The notes under the pieces: model-generated | What the model saw: the letters and a program-made list of their open reading frames with translations, nothing else | Databases searched by the model: none | What the model was told of the DNA's origin: nothing | Shown: one piece after another, positions 46,545 through 59,929 of the stretch | Layout of the letters: each line of letters begins with the position of its first letter | Position numbering within the stretch: position 1 is the stretch's first letter | Position numbers and translations under genes: made by a program | Origin: the human T2T-CHM13v2.0 reference genome, Homo sapiens | Length of the DNA: 64,000 bases | NCBI RefSeq assembly: GCF_009914755.1 | Contig: NC_060932.1 | Direction: 5' to 3' (one strand)

Positions 46545-48970
46545 TCTATTATATTATTATAATATATAATGTACATATATTATAATATAATATATTATGA
46601 TTATAATAATCATAATATAATTAGCTATTTTATATAAATATATATATAATATATAAATATATTGTATATATATTTATATAATATATAAATATATTGTATA
46701 TATATTTATATAATATATAAATATATTGTATATATATTTATATAATATATAAATATATTGTATATATATTTTATATATATTTATATAATATATAAATATA
46801 TTGTATATATATTTTATATATATTTATATAATATATAAATATATTGTATATATATTTTATATATATTTATATAATATATATATATTTTATATATATTATA
46901 TATATATATTTTATATATATTTATATAATATATAAATATATTTTATATATATTTTTTATATCTTTATATAATACATAAATATATTTTACATATATTTATA
47001 TAATACATAAATATATTTTACATATATTTATATAATACATAAATATATTTTACATATATTTATATAATATATAAATATATTTTACATATATTTATATAAT
47101 ATATAAATATATTTTACATATATTTATATATTATATAAATATATTTTACATATATTTATATAATATATAAATATATTTTACATATATTTATATAATATAT
47201 AAATATATTTTACATATATTTATATAATATATAAATATATTTTACATATATTTATATATTATATAAAATATATTTATATATTTTATATAATATATAAATA
47301 TATTTTACATATATTTATATATTTTATAAAATATATAAATATATTTTACATATATTTATATATTTTATAAAATATATAAATATATTTTACATATATTTAT
47401 ATATTTTATATAATATACAAATATATTTATATATTTTATATAATATACAAATATATTTATATATTTTATATAATATACAAATATATTTATATATTTTATA
47501 TAATATACAAATATATTTATATATTTTATATAATATATAAATATATTTATATATTTATATAATATATAAATATATTTGTATATTTTATAAAATATATAAA
47601 TATATTTGTATATTTTATAAAATATATAAATATATTTATATATTTTACATAATATATAAATATATTTATATATTTTACATAATATATAAATATATTTATA
47701 TATTTTACATAATATATAAATATATTTTATATATTTTATATAATATATAAATATATTTTATATATTTTATATAATATATAAATATATTTTATATATTTTA
47801 TATAATATATAAATATATTTTATATATTTATATAATATATAAATATATTTTATATATTTTATATAATTATAAATATATTTATATATTTTATATAATATAT
47901 AAATATATTTATATATTTTATATAATATATAAATATATTTATATATTTTATATAATATATAAATATATTTTATATATTTTATATAATATATAAATATATT
48001 TTATATATTTATATATTTTATAAAATATATAAATATATTTTATATATTTTATATATTTTATATAATATATAAATATATTTATATATTTTATATAATATAT
48101 AAATATATTTATATATTTTATATAATATATAAATATATTTTATATATTTTATATAATATGTAAATATATTTTATATATATGTTTATATAATATGTAAATA
48201 TATTTTATATATGTTTATATAATATGTAAATATATTTTATATATATTTTATATATATGTATATATTATAGAAATATATTTTATATATAGTATATATTATA
48301 TAAATATATTATATATATATTTTTTATATATTTATATAATATATAAATGTATATATTTTATATATTTATATAATATATAAATATATATATTTTTATATAT
48401 TATATAATATATATATATATTTATATATATTATATAAATATATATTTTATATATATTTATATAAATATATATATTATATAAATATATATTTTATATATAT
48501 TTATATAAATATATATATTATATAAATATATATTTTATATATATTTATATATTATATAAATATATATATTATATAAATATATATTTTATATATATTTATA
48601 TATTATATAAATATATATATTTTATATATATTTATATATTATATAAATATATATTTTATATATATTTATATATTATATAAATATATATTTTATATATATT
48701 TATATATTATATAAATATATATATTATATATATTTATATAATATATAAATATATATATTTTATATGTATTTATATATTATATAAATATATATTTTATATG
48801 TATTTATATATTATATAAATATATATATTTTATATATATTTATATATTATATAAATATATATATTTTATATATATTTATATATTATATAAATATATATAT
48901 TTTATATATATTTATATAATATATAAATGTATATTTTATATATATTTATATATATATAATATATATATTT
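46545..48970. repeat. ~2.4 kb AT-rich minisatellite (30-43 bp units)
   Basis: Almost only A/T; rare G/C marker bases recur at 32-bp (46664/46696/46728/46760; 46989-47245), 43-bp, 41-bp and 30-bp spacing. Confidence 0.98.
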
Positions 48971-49679
48971 AGCCAAACATTATTAGTTCTGATGTACCTG
49001 ATGCTGACACTGGTTGAAGAGCTTTCAGGCTTTCAGGCCAGCTCCTGAGGCATAGTCTTTAAGAGGTGAAGAAGGTATAGCTAGCTGCACCTGGACTTGA
49101 GTTACTGATCAGCTCTTGGCACTGACATAATGAATAAATGAATTCATGATTCATGGAATGGAGAGTTACTAAGGATGTACTATGTGCCAGACACTGGAAT
49201 AGACTATACCATCCTCTGCTTATAGCTTTGTGTTTTCCATTCACTGCCTAGAAAGACTATATTAAGAAATGCTTTGGGTATCTAAGAACAGAGACTATGC
49301 CATGTGTATGTCATTTATATGAGATCTTATAAATGATTTTATGAGATCTTAACCTTTTAATTGCTGATGATTTGATTGATGCTTTGATTGCTAAGACATA
49401 TGGAAGGGGGGCATCTGATACACATTTTTGTGTTCACTTCTCAAAATAAATTAGGGGGAAGAGTATAACCCAACATTGAAGTAGAACAAAATAAAGTTAT
49501 GATCAATGATAATGAGATAATATTCCAATAATTTGCAACTAGCCTAAGAGAGTTTATTTAGCTCTCAGTACCTAGAATGCTACATTTTCTTTTTTAATTC
49601 TGGGGTGTTGACCAAGTTTAAATTCTTCTGGCATGTTAGGATTTATAATGGATTCTTCCAAATCAAACACTATTTGCAA

Positions 49680-50935
49680 TGGTTTCTCTTCTATTGCAGC
49701 ACAATAAACTACTCCAAAACTCAGTGGTTAAAATTAATAATTAATTCTTACCTTCCATAGATCTGGGGTTACTTCAGCCAAGCTAGGTAGTTTTCGGTTG
49801 AGATCTGTCACGTCAGATGGAGCTGTGACTATCTGAAGCTTAACTGGGCTGAACGATTAAGATAGTGCACTTATGGCTGACAGTTGATGTCAATTAAAGA
49901 CTGGAAGCTGAAGTGGAGCTTTAAACCAAAACACATGGCCTCCATGAGGCTTGGGCTTCTCATAGCTAGACTTCATGGCAGCTGAGTTACAAGAGGTAGA
50001 GTCAGAAAACCAAGCATTCCAGGAGGCTCAGACAAAAGCTACAAGGCTTCTAATCCCAGAAATTATCACTTCTGAAGCATTTCATTGGTTAACAGTAAGT
50101 CACAGGATGAGTCCAGATTCAAGTGGAGAGGGCTACATAAGGGCAGGAATACTGGGAGGCCTGGCTCATTGGAACGCCATTTTTAGACGCTAGCTACCAC
50201 CATCAATATTCATAAGACCTCCACCTGCTACTAATGATTCATAAGACCTCCACCTGCAAAATACACTCACTCCTTCTAAGACTTCCAAATCTCATCCCAT
50301 TATGGCCCCTGGCTCAGGTATGAAAGTCCAGAATCTCATCATCTAAACCAGGTCTAGGTAAGAATAGGCTAAGTATAGTTCCCGAGGTGCAAGTTCTCAA
50401 GTGGCAGCAATTCTCTTCCAATTGGCTATTACTACATAAAAAGCCACTGAAAGTTCTCTGGCTTATAAAAAACGTGATTTGTGAGTCAAGGATTCAGAGA
50501 AGATACAGCTGAAGGGTTTGTCACATGGCACCAGCTAGAGCAGCTGGGGCTCATAGATCACTTCCAAAATGGCTTTTTCACTCACACATCTGATGCTTCG
50601 TTGCTACCTGGTATCACTTTCTCTCCTTCCTTCCCCATTTCTCTCTCCCTCCCTCCACAGCATCTCTGCCACTGAGATAACTTTATGTGACTTTGGCTTC
50701 TCGCAGCAGGGTGGTCTCAGGATAGTTGGACCTCTTATTTGGTCACTGGCTTCCCCCAAAGATGCTCTCGAAAGTCCCAGACCATCTCTTCTGGCATATT
50801 ATATTGTCAAGCCAAGTCACTAAGACCAGCCCAGATTCAAAGGTAAGGAAATAGATTCCATTTCTCAATGGGGGAATGACATGCTTGTGCCTGAAGAAAG
50901 GAATTGATGGTGGCCATCTTGGAAACAAACTAACA
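49680..50935 (-). mobile_element. MLT1 (F/G/H-like) LTR, short internal part and second MLT1 LTR
   Basis: ctattgcagcacaataaactactccaaaactcagtggttaaa...gctagctaccac; then tgcaaaatacactcactcc (MaLR-int); second LTR with caagtcactaagaccagcccagattcaa...tggtggccatcttggaaac. Confidence 0.72.
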
Positions 50936-50999
50936 AGTATTCCTTATTGCCTACCAAAAACATGGGGATCTCCTAGGAAAATAACTCTTCTACTCTTCT

Positions 51000-51265
51000 G
51001 CCAGGTCTCAGCCTAAATGTCACTTCCTCGGGGCAGCTTTCCTTGATTCCCATAGAATACTTAGGTGCACCTTTTGAATGCTTATATAATAAGCACCCAT
51101 ATCACAGCAACTGTTACTACCTTTTAATAAAATGGCTTATTTAACTATATGTCTCCATGACTAGTTGCTGCAATGAGTATATGTCTGGCTCACCACTGCA
51201 TGCTTAATACCCAGCATAGTACACCACACATGATCAACCCTCAACAAATACTTAACGGAATAAAA
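51000..51265 (+). mobile_element. L2 3' fragment
   Basis: ggtctcagcctaaatgtcacttcctc...cccagcatagtac...ctcaacaaatacttaacggaat. Confidence 0.72.
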
Positions 51266-52379
51266 ATGGAAACTGATTATGTCCATGGCCAACCCTGCTG
51301 GAGCTATCATTTGGTTTCAAGAGTCAGGACTGAGTTCTTGGTCTTCGTCTTTCCCTTTTATTTCCTTCCCCTTCAACTTTTCCCTAAATGTATAAGAGCA
51401 AGTTTTCATGTTAATAACATCATCAGGACTTGTCCTGAGCCCACTTTTTCTGCTGCAGCTCCTGTGGGCTGGAGGAGAGATTAACATGTGTAAGACACAG
51501 AAGGGAGGGGCCCTAAGCTGCTCCTGAAAATGAATCTCCCATGATGCACCAGCCTTGAGCTTAATAGGGAGCATGATCTTCAATTTGCTGAGTGTAGCTC
51601 TACAAGGGCCCTGAGCTTGGCTTGTGACATGCCATTTCTCAGAGGATTTCTACTGCTGCTGCTGCTACAGGGAAGGATTGATGACTCTGATAAGAGATTT
51701 GAACACAGTCCTCTTATAAAACAGAAGGGATGGGGTTGTCAGGCTAATTGGGATGGCAGGCAGGTGTATGTGCATACCATACATAATAATGCATGCATAT
51801 TATATACATAGTATAAAAGGGTAGAATATTTGAGGATAAAGCAAAAGCCAAAAGGACAAAGACAACAGGCAATCTAATCCACTTAATGGGTCAAGGAGCT
51901 CAGAGCTGAGCTGCAAATGCATCATTTGATAACGGTAATGAAAAAGACAGCAATCTATATCTACAAATAGCATTAAGGCAGATTTGGTTTAGAGGCCAAA
52001 CTAAGTTGATCTGAAATTTATGAGACTGGCTGTCTCGCAGACATGCTTGGCAAGGGAGGTGCATTCAATTCCTCCTTTTTTCCTTCAGAGCTCACTGTGA
52101 GTTAGATTTTGTTTCTGAGGTGGGTTTTCCCAATAAGTGGAGCTTTTTTTTTTTCAAAGACAACTAAGTGTTTTGCCACCCAAGCTTATCTTAGTCGTGA
52201 GGATGCCAATTTTACAAGTGGGCAACAATAATTTTAATTGCCCTTTTGGGCATTTCATTTCAGTGTCCAATCTCTGTGGCTCTCCCGCTTGCAAGGAAAC
52301 AGGAGCACACATACAAGTGCACACACACAGTTAAAACTTGCAGGTGGCTTGAGCTGGAATTTGTAGCAAGGCATGTGTC

Positions 52380-52400
52380 TGAGTCATGACTTAGCAGCTG
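52380..52400. promoter_or_regulatory. Candidate composite AP-1 / ARE / E-box element
   Basis: TGAGTCA (52380-52386) abutting aTGACTTAGCA (RTGACnnnGCA) and overlapping CAGCTG, in non-repeat-looking DNA; motif match only. Confidence 0.45.
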
Positions 52401-53089
52401 GTCCTAGAAAATATCTGAACTGTGTGTCTTGATGATGCGGACAGTATGTTTCATGTCTGCAAACCCCATCACAATATTCTGGGCAAAATGCTGTTGGAAA
52501 CGTGCCTTATTTTCGACCAAAGTTCTCGTACATCCTCCACAGGAATGACAGTGCGTTGCACTGCAAATCTGCAGGGTGCATGAAGCTTTTTTCTTCTTCT
52601 GAGTCCTCAGTCAATATCAGGTAGCACTCACAAAGGGTAATGAAGTCTGCTTTCAACACAGCGATGTTCCTATAATTATGTGCTGATTGACCTTCACTTT
52701 GTGCTGTGCCTGCAAAGAAAGGGGACCCTGATATATTGCACAGCACAGAATATGTGCAAGTCAGATGCCTTGGAGTAAGTAATGAGCTTGTCCCTACCAC
52801 ATGTGGTGGAAGGTTTCACTGTAGACTTACTCCCAATTCAAGAATATATAACAGCCTACCAAATCAGAAGTTTGGGAAGGGATACGGGGCTATCAGTTCT
52901 AAAAACAGCCACCCCGGGATTTAGATCTTTACCTCTCTTGTCAGAAACCTTATAATAAGTGAAGTAACTTTTTTTACTTATTCCACAAGTTCAGCCTAGG
53001 CACGTGCTGCCTTGTGAAAGAAATATTCATTCTACATAAGATGATGTAACTGTATGGATAAGTTCTCACCCCTCTTTCATGCTTTAGTT

Positions 53090-53510
53090 TTTCTCTGCTT
53101 AGGTAACTACTGTAATGAATAAACTCAGAAATATACAATGACTCAAGTACAATAGACATGTATTTCTTGCTCACCTAAGAGCCCAGAGCAATTTCAAGGA
53201 ATCAGGGCTGGGTGGTGGGAAGGAATGCCCTGCCCTATACAGGCATTCAAAGTGGAGGCTGATGGAAGCTTTTTCAACATGTGATGTCCATAGACTCCCC
53301 AGAGGTTTCCATCCCAGTCAGCTGGGATGTAGTAAGAAGCACAAAAAAGCCCATGTGAAAGGTTGCATGAACTATGACCACATCACTTCTCCCCACACAT
53401 TCCTCTGGCTAGAAGAAATCAGCCACACCTCACAGCAAGGGAGGCTGGAAATGTCACCTAACTGGGTGCCCAGGAGGTAGAGAACATGGATAATGGTGAG
53501 CAAATAGCAG
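53090..53510 (-). mobile_element. Old MLT1 (J/K-like) LTR
   Basis: ggtaactactgtaatgaataaactcagaaat...tatttcttgctcac...catcacttctc...ggctagaa...gcaagggaggctggaaatgt...gataatggtgagca. Confidence 0.72.
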
Positions 53511-53519
53511 GCTCTTCCC

Positions 53520-53770
53520 CTCTCTGTCCTTTTAGTGTTGGAGTTCCCAGTTTTTCAGGGTCTGCCTCGATATTGTAATAGAACATGCTCTCCCTGGACC
53601 CTTTTTTAGGATGCAAGGATTTGTACATGTAAGATAATCTCAAATGTCCAGCCAAAACTCACTTCCTAATTCAAGATTGAGACTCCAAAACCCTACTCTA
53701 TATCTATCTGATTGTCTAACAGGCATCTCAAATGTGACAAATATAAAACCAAATTTGTTATCTAAACCCC
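53520..53770 (+). mobile_element. L2 fragment (donor of the 89-bp copied segment), followed by MIR at 53770-53910
   Basis: L2 text gtctaacaggcatctcaaatgt...aaaaccaaa; MIR ctgtaaaatggaggtagtaatagtatct...gattaaatgag. Confidence 0.7.
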
Positions 53771-55534
53771 AGCTGTAAAATGGAGGTAGTAATAGTATCT
53801 ATTCATAAGGGTGTGGTGAAGATTAAATGAGTTATTACACGCAAAACACTTTTAAAAGTCCCTGGAACATAGTGGATGCATAACAAATGTTGGCTATTAT
53901 TATTATTATTTGCACCCCCCCAACCCCACTCTTCTCCCACAAACCCTCCCCCATCTCACAGCACCATCGCCTATGTAATAGATGAATTTGGAAGTCATAG
54001 CTGCCCACTCCTTCTTTCTCAGCTCTTACCCTCATCCAGTCACTTTCAAATTATTAGAAGAGCTGCTGCCTGATCTTCATTCCCAGTGCTAGGCTCTGTC
54101 TCAGACACTTACTACTTCTGAGCTGCACAGTTGCAAAATCCTGCTACGTGATCACCCCTTCTCTGGTCTCTTCTTCTTCTAACCTTCCTTCAACAATACT
54201 GGCAGAGTAAATAGCTTAAAATTTCCTAAAAGATGTTCTCAAATACTTTAATGGCTTTTTTATTGTCTATAAGTATAAAATCCACTCTCCTTAAAGCTAA
54301 AAATTTGGGTCAAGCCAGATTGGAAAGGCTCTGAACTCTATCCTGGTGCCCACATCCCGTTCTTCCCTTTCTCTGTCTCAATCATAGCCAACTACCACAC
54401 TTTTCACTATCTCTGTGTCTTGCTGATTTTGGTCCTTGTACCTAAAAGTTCATCCTTTTTTCTTTCTCCTAAATTTCTCACACTCAATTCAAATATCACC
54501 CCATCAGAGTGGCAGTCCACCCCCAATCAGAATTCATTTGGTATGCCTTCATTTTCCCTAACATATTATTAAAACATCTATCACTTATCAATTATGATTT
54601 GTCCTGAAGTTAACTGAGCCTGTGTCCTCTGTTTGACTATGAGTGCTTGAATGCTCCCAAGTGGAGTTAGCTATCACCACCATGATACGTTAATTTATTT
54701 TTTAAAGTTTCTCAGCTCACTGAAATGTAAATAGAGAATTGTATTTTTACCTCAGTAAAACTTCAACTGGGCTGTGTTGATTTCTCTACCACAAAGGGCA
54801 GTGGCTCCCTTTACAATATTGTAGCAGATTCAGTCAATATCTAGTACCTGTTAGATACAAGAATATCTCCTGGTCTGGATCCAAGACACCTGCTCCTTCT
54901 TTTTCTAGCCTGAAGTTCCTCAAGTATTGGGAGAAGGGATAGTGGATGAGAATCTCCTTACATGGTAGGGGCTCTCTCTGGACTCATTCTGGTTCAGTCT
55001 ATTGTGGCTTCCAGTTAATGGTGTGAATGGTATTTCCAGGAAGAGAATGGCTTTAATCCAGCCCCCTCCATAACTGAGGACCTCTCCCAGAAGGGTTCCA
55101 CTATCTGTACACACCCCGCGCCCACCTGTGTTTCCAGGCCAAGCAATGCACGGTTTGGTGCAGTTGTTCACTAGGCAGACCACAGCTGCTGCTTCTCCAC
55201 CAAACCTGGTGCTATTTGCATGGAGCTGCTGGGACTGCTGGAGTCAGGTCCTCTCTGACACCTTCTAAGTAAGGCCTATGAAGAACTGGGATGAGATACA
55301 AATTACCTCATCTTTTCCCCTAACACTTTATACCACAATATATTTCAAGGCTGTTCACATGGCCTACTCCAGAGGGTCTTTCATCCTCAGAAATCTCCAG
55401 ATCCAAATTCTCTTTGTTCAAGCATGGCCCCAAATCTCAGGGAACATGTGAGAGTCTGGGACTGAAAGGGACAATGTAGGCACTCCTACACTGGGGCTCC
55501 AGCATGGCCCTCCAGTACCCTTAAGTCATAGTGC

Positions 55535-55762
55535 CCTAATTCAAGATTGAGACTCCAAAACCCCACTCTACGTCTATCTGAGTATCTAATAGGCATTTCA
55601 AATGTGACAAATATAAAACCAAAGTGGTTTTAGTCATATATTCAGTATTACATATAGCTCATTTAATTGAACAAATATTTGTTATTTGTTCAATACAGTA
55701 TTCAGTATTACATATAGTTCATTTAATTGAACAAATATTTGTTAAATGTCTACTTCCTACTG
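55535..55762. repeat. Chimeric locally templated segment
   Basis: 55535-55623 is a direct copy of 53665-53753 (7 mismatches in 89 bp); 55624-55762 is the reverse complement of 60178-60258 + 60549-60571, with a 60-bp-period internal duplication. Confidence 0.92.
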
Positions 55763-55974
55763 AGCTCAGGAGCTCGGGGTATTTCTGAGAACTTGACAGC
55801 TCAGCACACACACAGTCAAGGAGTGAAATGCCAACCTCCACAGCTTGAAGTTACCTCCAATCTTTACAAGAAATTCTTTTAGAGCTTCCTTTGCCTGACT
55901 TTAGAGATGGGAGGTCATAGCTTCTCACCTGGAATATTGCTCTGCTCATGTAGCCAAGACTCTCCTACGTTTCC

Positions 55975-56282
55975 TTTTCGTTTGTCTGTTTGTTTGAAAT
56001 AGGGTCTCCCTCTGTGACCCAGGGTGGAGTATAGTGGCAAGATCATAGCTCGCTGCATCCTCAAACTCCTGGGCTTATCAGTCCTTCCACTCAGCCTCTC
56101 AAGTAGCTGGGACTACAAAAGCATGGCCCATGCCCAGCTAATTTTATAAAATGTTTTGTAGAGATAGGGGTCTCACTATGTTGCCCATGCTGGTCTTGAA
56201 TGCCTGGCCTTAAGCCATTCTCCTGTCTCTGCGTCCCAAAGTGCTGGGATTACAGGTGTGAACCACTGCGCCCACTCCTGCC
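55975..56282 (-). mobile_element. Alu SINE (AluJ)
   Basis: Reverse Alu with J-type text (gatcatagctcgctgcatcctcaaactcctgggct); TSD-like cctacgttt / cctaccttt. Confidence 0.93.
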
Positions 56283-59200
56283 CTACCTTTTGGTCCCCTT
56301 CTCCTAAAAGGAGGGAGTAGTGTGATAGGAGGTGAAGGGGAGCCTGCACTGCTCTGGTCTCCCAGTAAGCCCTGGGCAAATGATGCTGGCCTCGTTTGCT
56401 GAAGAGCTTCTTTGGGATAGAATGTATGTAGGGCCTTTTTTCTTCAGCTTTGGGCCTTGGCTAAATTCAGGGTCAGGAAAAAAGTCATTGTGACACACTG
56501 TAAGATGTCTTATATATGTAGACTTCTGCTGGCCTTAGCACCATTTTCATAATACTTTTCTCTAAGTATATGTCTCCCTGCAGACACTGGAAACTCTTTA
56601 AAGGAATATATCTTCTTCATTTGCTATCTCCATTTCTTAGCACAGTACTGAGCATTTTGTGGGTATTCAATGACTGTCTGATATATTATTTTCTGACCCC
56701 CAAGAAAGTCGAAGTCTCAGGATCACAAGATGCCAAGCTCCTCCTGTTTCAGAAAACAAAACTCAGGTCCAGAAAAATGAGGTCATTTATCCAAGGGCAC
56801 CCAGCTAGATGGGATTCCGTTTCACACACAAGTTCATACACTTAATGGTGCAGCAGAAGCCTAAGTAAGCCAAGCATATTTGATGACTGGCCTTTGGAGG
56901 AAAGAAAGTGGGTAATGGAAAACACTGCACAAATTCTAAAAGTTGATTTTTGCAGATGAAGCACATTTTTCATGCCCTGATCTGGGAGGGTTTGCCAGTG
57001 TGTACCGTGACTAATTCCTGTTGGCCCAGCCTAGACTTCCTGTTTTCAGGGCAGCGTGACAGATTTGTTGGTAGAATTTGGCTTTAATTCATTTCAGGCT
57101 GATCCTGGAAACCAGAGGCTTTGTCATGTCTCATGGCAACATTAACTCCATTTTTCTGCCTTCACTCCTTCTATTATAAGCAGAGGCCACTCAATAGGGC
57201 ATTCTTAACTGCCTGCTGAAGGTGACAGCCAGAAGTATAAATAACTCTTCTCATTTAGTCTTTTATTCTTTTCTGGGAAAAGTAGTGATCTTCTTCTCTT
57301 ATCTCTCAAGTGGATCCAAAGCTGATTAAATTCATTCAAGACAGCTTACATGTTTCTTGGTGAAACATAATTTCCAGGACAGGCTGTCCGAGGAGGGGTG
57401 ACTCCTACAGTGTCATCGGATGAACCCACAGTGACTCAGGGTCAATAAAAGATTTTCTATGGGGTCCAGTCATGTCCACATTTAATTCCATCCATTAGAG
57501 CATGGAGTGGTTGAAACCTGAGATATGTCCAGGAAGGTTTTACTCCTGCTTTTTCTGTAAGCCAAAAACAAAAACAAAAACAAAAAACAAAAAAAAAAAG
57601 CAGCTCACTTTTTCAAAATTCCCCAAGTCGGGGTGGAAAGGAAAACAGGTGGAAAACAGAAGTCTGCAGCTCTGCCCAGAGCTTTTCACATGGGGGTGAT
57701 TCCACGGGGCACTCTGGACAGTATGCAATGAAGACTGGTCTCTGGGCACAGATCCCATGGAGGGAACAGTCAATGAGTCAACAGCCTGTCTGCATGGGTA
57801 CCTTCTGTATTGTTCACCTTCACGCATGGAGTAAGGCCTGATCTAAAAACTACCACCAGCCCGAAGCCATCCCTGGCAGAGAAATAGAAGTCACAACCCT
57901 TTATTAGCTGGTGAGTCTTGTGCCCAAACATGAACCAATTGTCATGGTCAGAGAGATGTAGAACACTGGTTGGCCATTGTTTAACCAACACCCAAATCTG
58001 TAAAGGCAAAAGGAGCACCCAGTGAATGGCAGAGCAGCACCCACAAAGATATGGGGGCAAGGGAGAGGGCATTCTCTAAAAAGAGGAGCCTGGGCAGACA
58101 CCCATCCATCAGTAAAGACCCCTATACACTTTTTTATTTATACATTAAAATTCTCTCATTTTACCTAAGATAATTTTGATATTTCATGTGACATTTAGGT
58201 ATTTTATGTAATGCCTAGTGAATCTATCGGACATCATGTTGAAATATATTTTTCCAAAGACTGTTAGGCTTTGTATATCATACCCAAGAATTGTACACAC
58301 TGGCTACCTTCTACACTTTTCCAACAATATACCACCTGTCAAATTTCTACATCAAGTGTCCGTCTTTCCCAATCAATTTCTTTCTTTTCCCATCTCTAGG
58401 AGTCACATGAAAAATATTTAGAAATAAACAAGTACTTCAGGATGGAAAAGATGGGGAAGATGTATTGCTATTGATTGGGCATACTTATCTATGGGAAAAT
58501 GTGAAATATAACAGGACATTTGGAGAGTCTAAGAGTAAGTGATTATTTTCAAATACATTTCCAGAAAGCTAAGCACTAGCAGAATTTTCTGAGACAAAAT
58601 CTAATTCTTACAAGGTCTATTAAAGGAGAGGCTGTTACCTTTATGCAGGAGCTGGAAAGCTGGAAATTGCCTTCTACTGAATACTTCTCTTTATTCTTCT
58701 TATGATACTGGACCCATAACTATTACCTCTATGACACAACTGCTCAATACTGCAAAGGGAAAGTTAGACTGATTTCCCCATTCGTGACATAATGTGACTT
58801 GGAGTCCCCAGTGCTATAAGCAATGCCACAGAGAAGGAAGAGAGAGGCGCTTCCCCTTATTTTCATTTTACTCTTAAGTAAATGTGGACAGCCAAGAATT
58901 ATAAGTGCTCATAATGAGGTGTTCTTGCAAGATTTAATGTGTTTCTAGGCTGCCATCAGTATAACTGTGGGATTTTGATATTTCTTATAAATGGGTCTTT
59001 CATTTCAAAGAACATTTTAGTTACTTTCTGTCCAAAGATTCACTTAAGCAAAAGCTTAACCTAATGGATAATAAAACAATAATATTCCTTTTTACTTTGT
59101 AAGTCTCCTCAACCAACAAATACTTAATAATAGAAGGAAGGTCTTCTCCACCCCAGATCATTTTACCCTTTAACTAATAATAATAATAATAGAAGGAAGA

Positions 59201-59363
59201 GATGAGAGGAAGATGCTGGTGTTTAGCAATTAGAGGGTGGACAATGCTTTAGTAAGGCAAGTTGGAAAAGGGGAAAAGAAACTAAAATTTTTTAAACGTT
59301 TGCTTCATTCCAAGCACTCTCTTAGATATGGGGTTGACAAAGATAAATATAAAAAGATTTCCA

Positions 59364-59720
<357 letters not shown>

Positions 59721-59929
59721 TTAGCTGGAAAAGTGCCTCACACATTGAAGATGTCTTTTAAATGCTTGTTGGCCTGATAATTTACCTATAATAAAATTTA
59801 AATTCTGGCTCTACCACTAACAACCTCTGTGGTGTTGCACAAGTGACTTAACATCTCTGTATTATTGGGAACCACTTTGCACAGCACCTGGCACATAAAT
59901 GTAATTGTAGTTCATATTATCATTGTTGT

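Noticed and set aside
46545-48970. PATRR-type long palindrome (translocation hotspot)
   Set aside because: TTTT runs stay on the + strand along the whole array and do not switch to AAAA in the second half, so it is a head-to-tail array of locally palindromic units and not one long palindrome.
58180-58418. Imperfect inverted repeat (tttcatgtgac / gtcacatgaaa) as MITE termini
   Set aside because: Only ~11 bp match, no TSD, and the arms do not extend convincingly.
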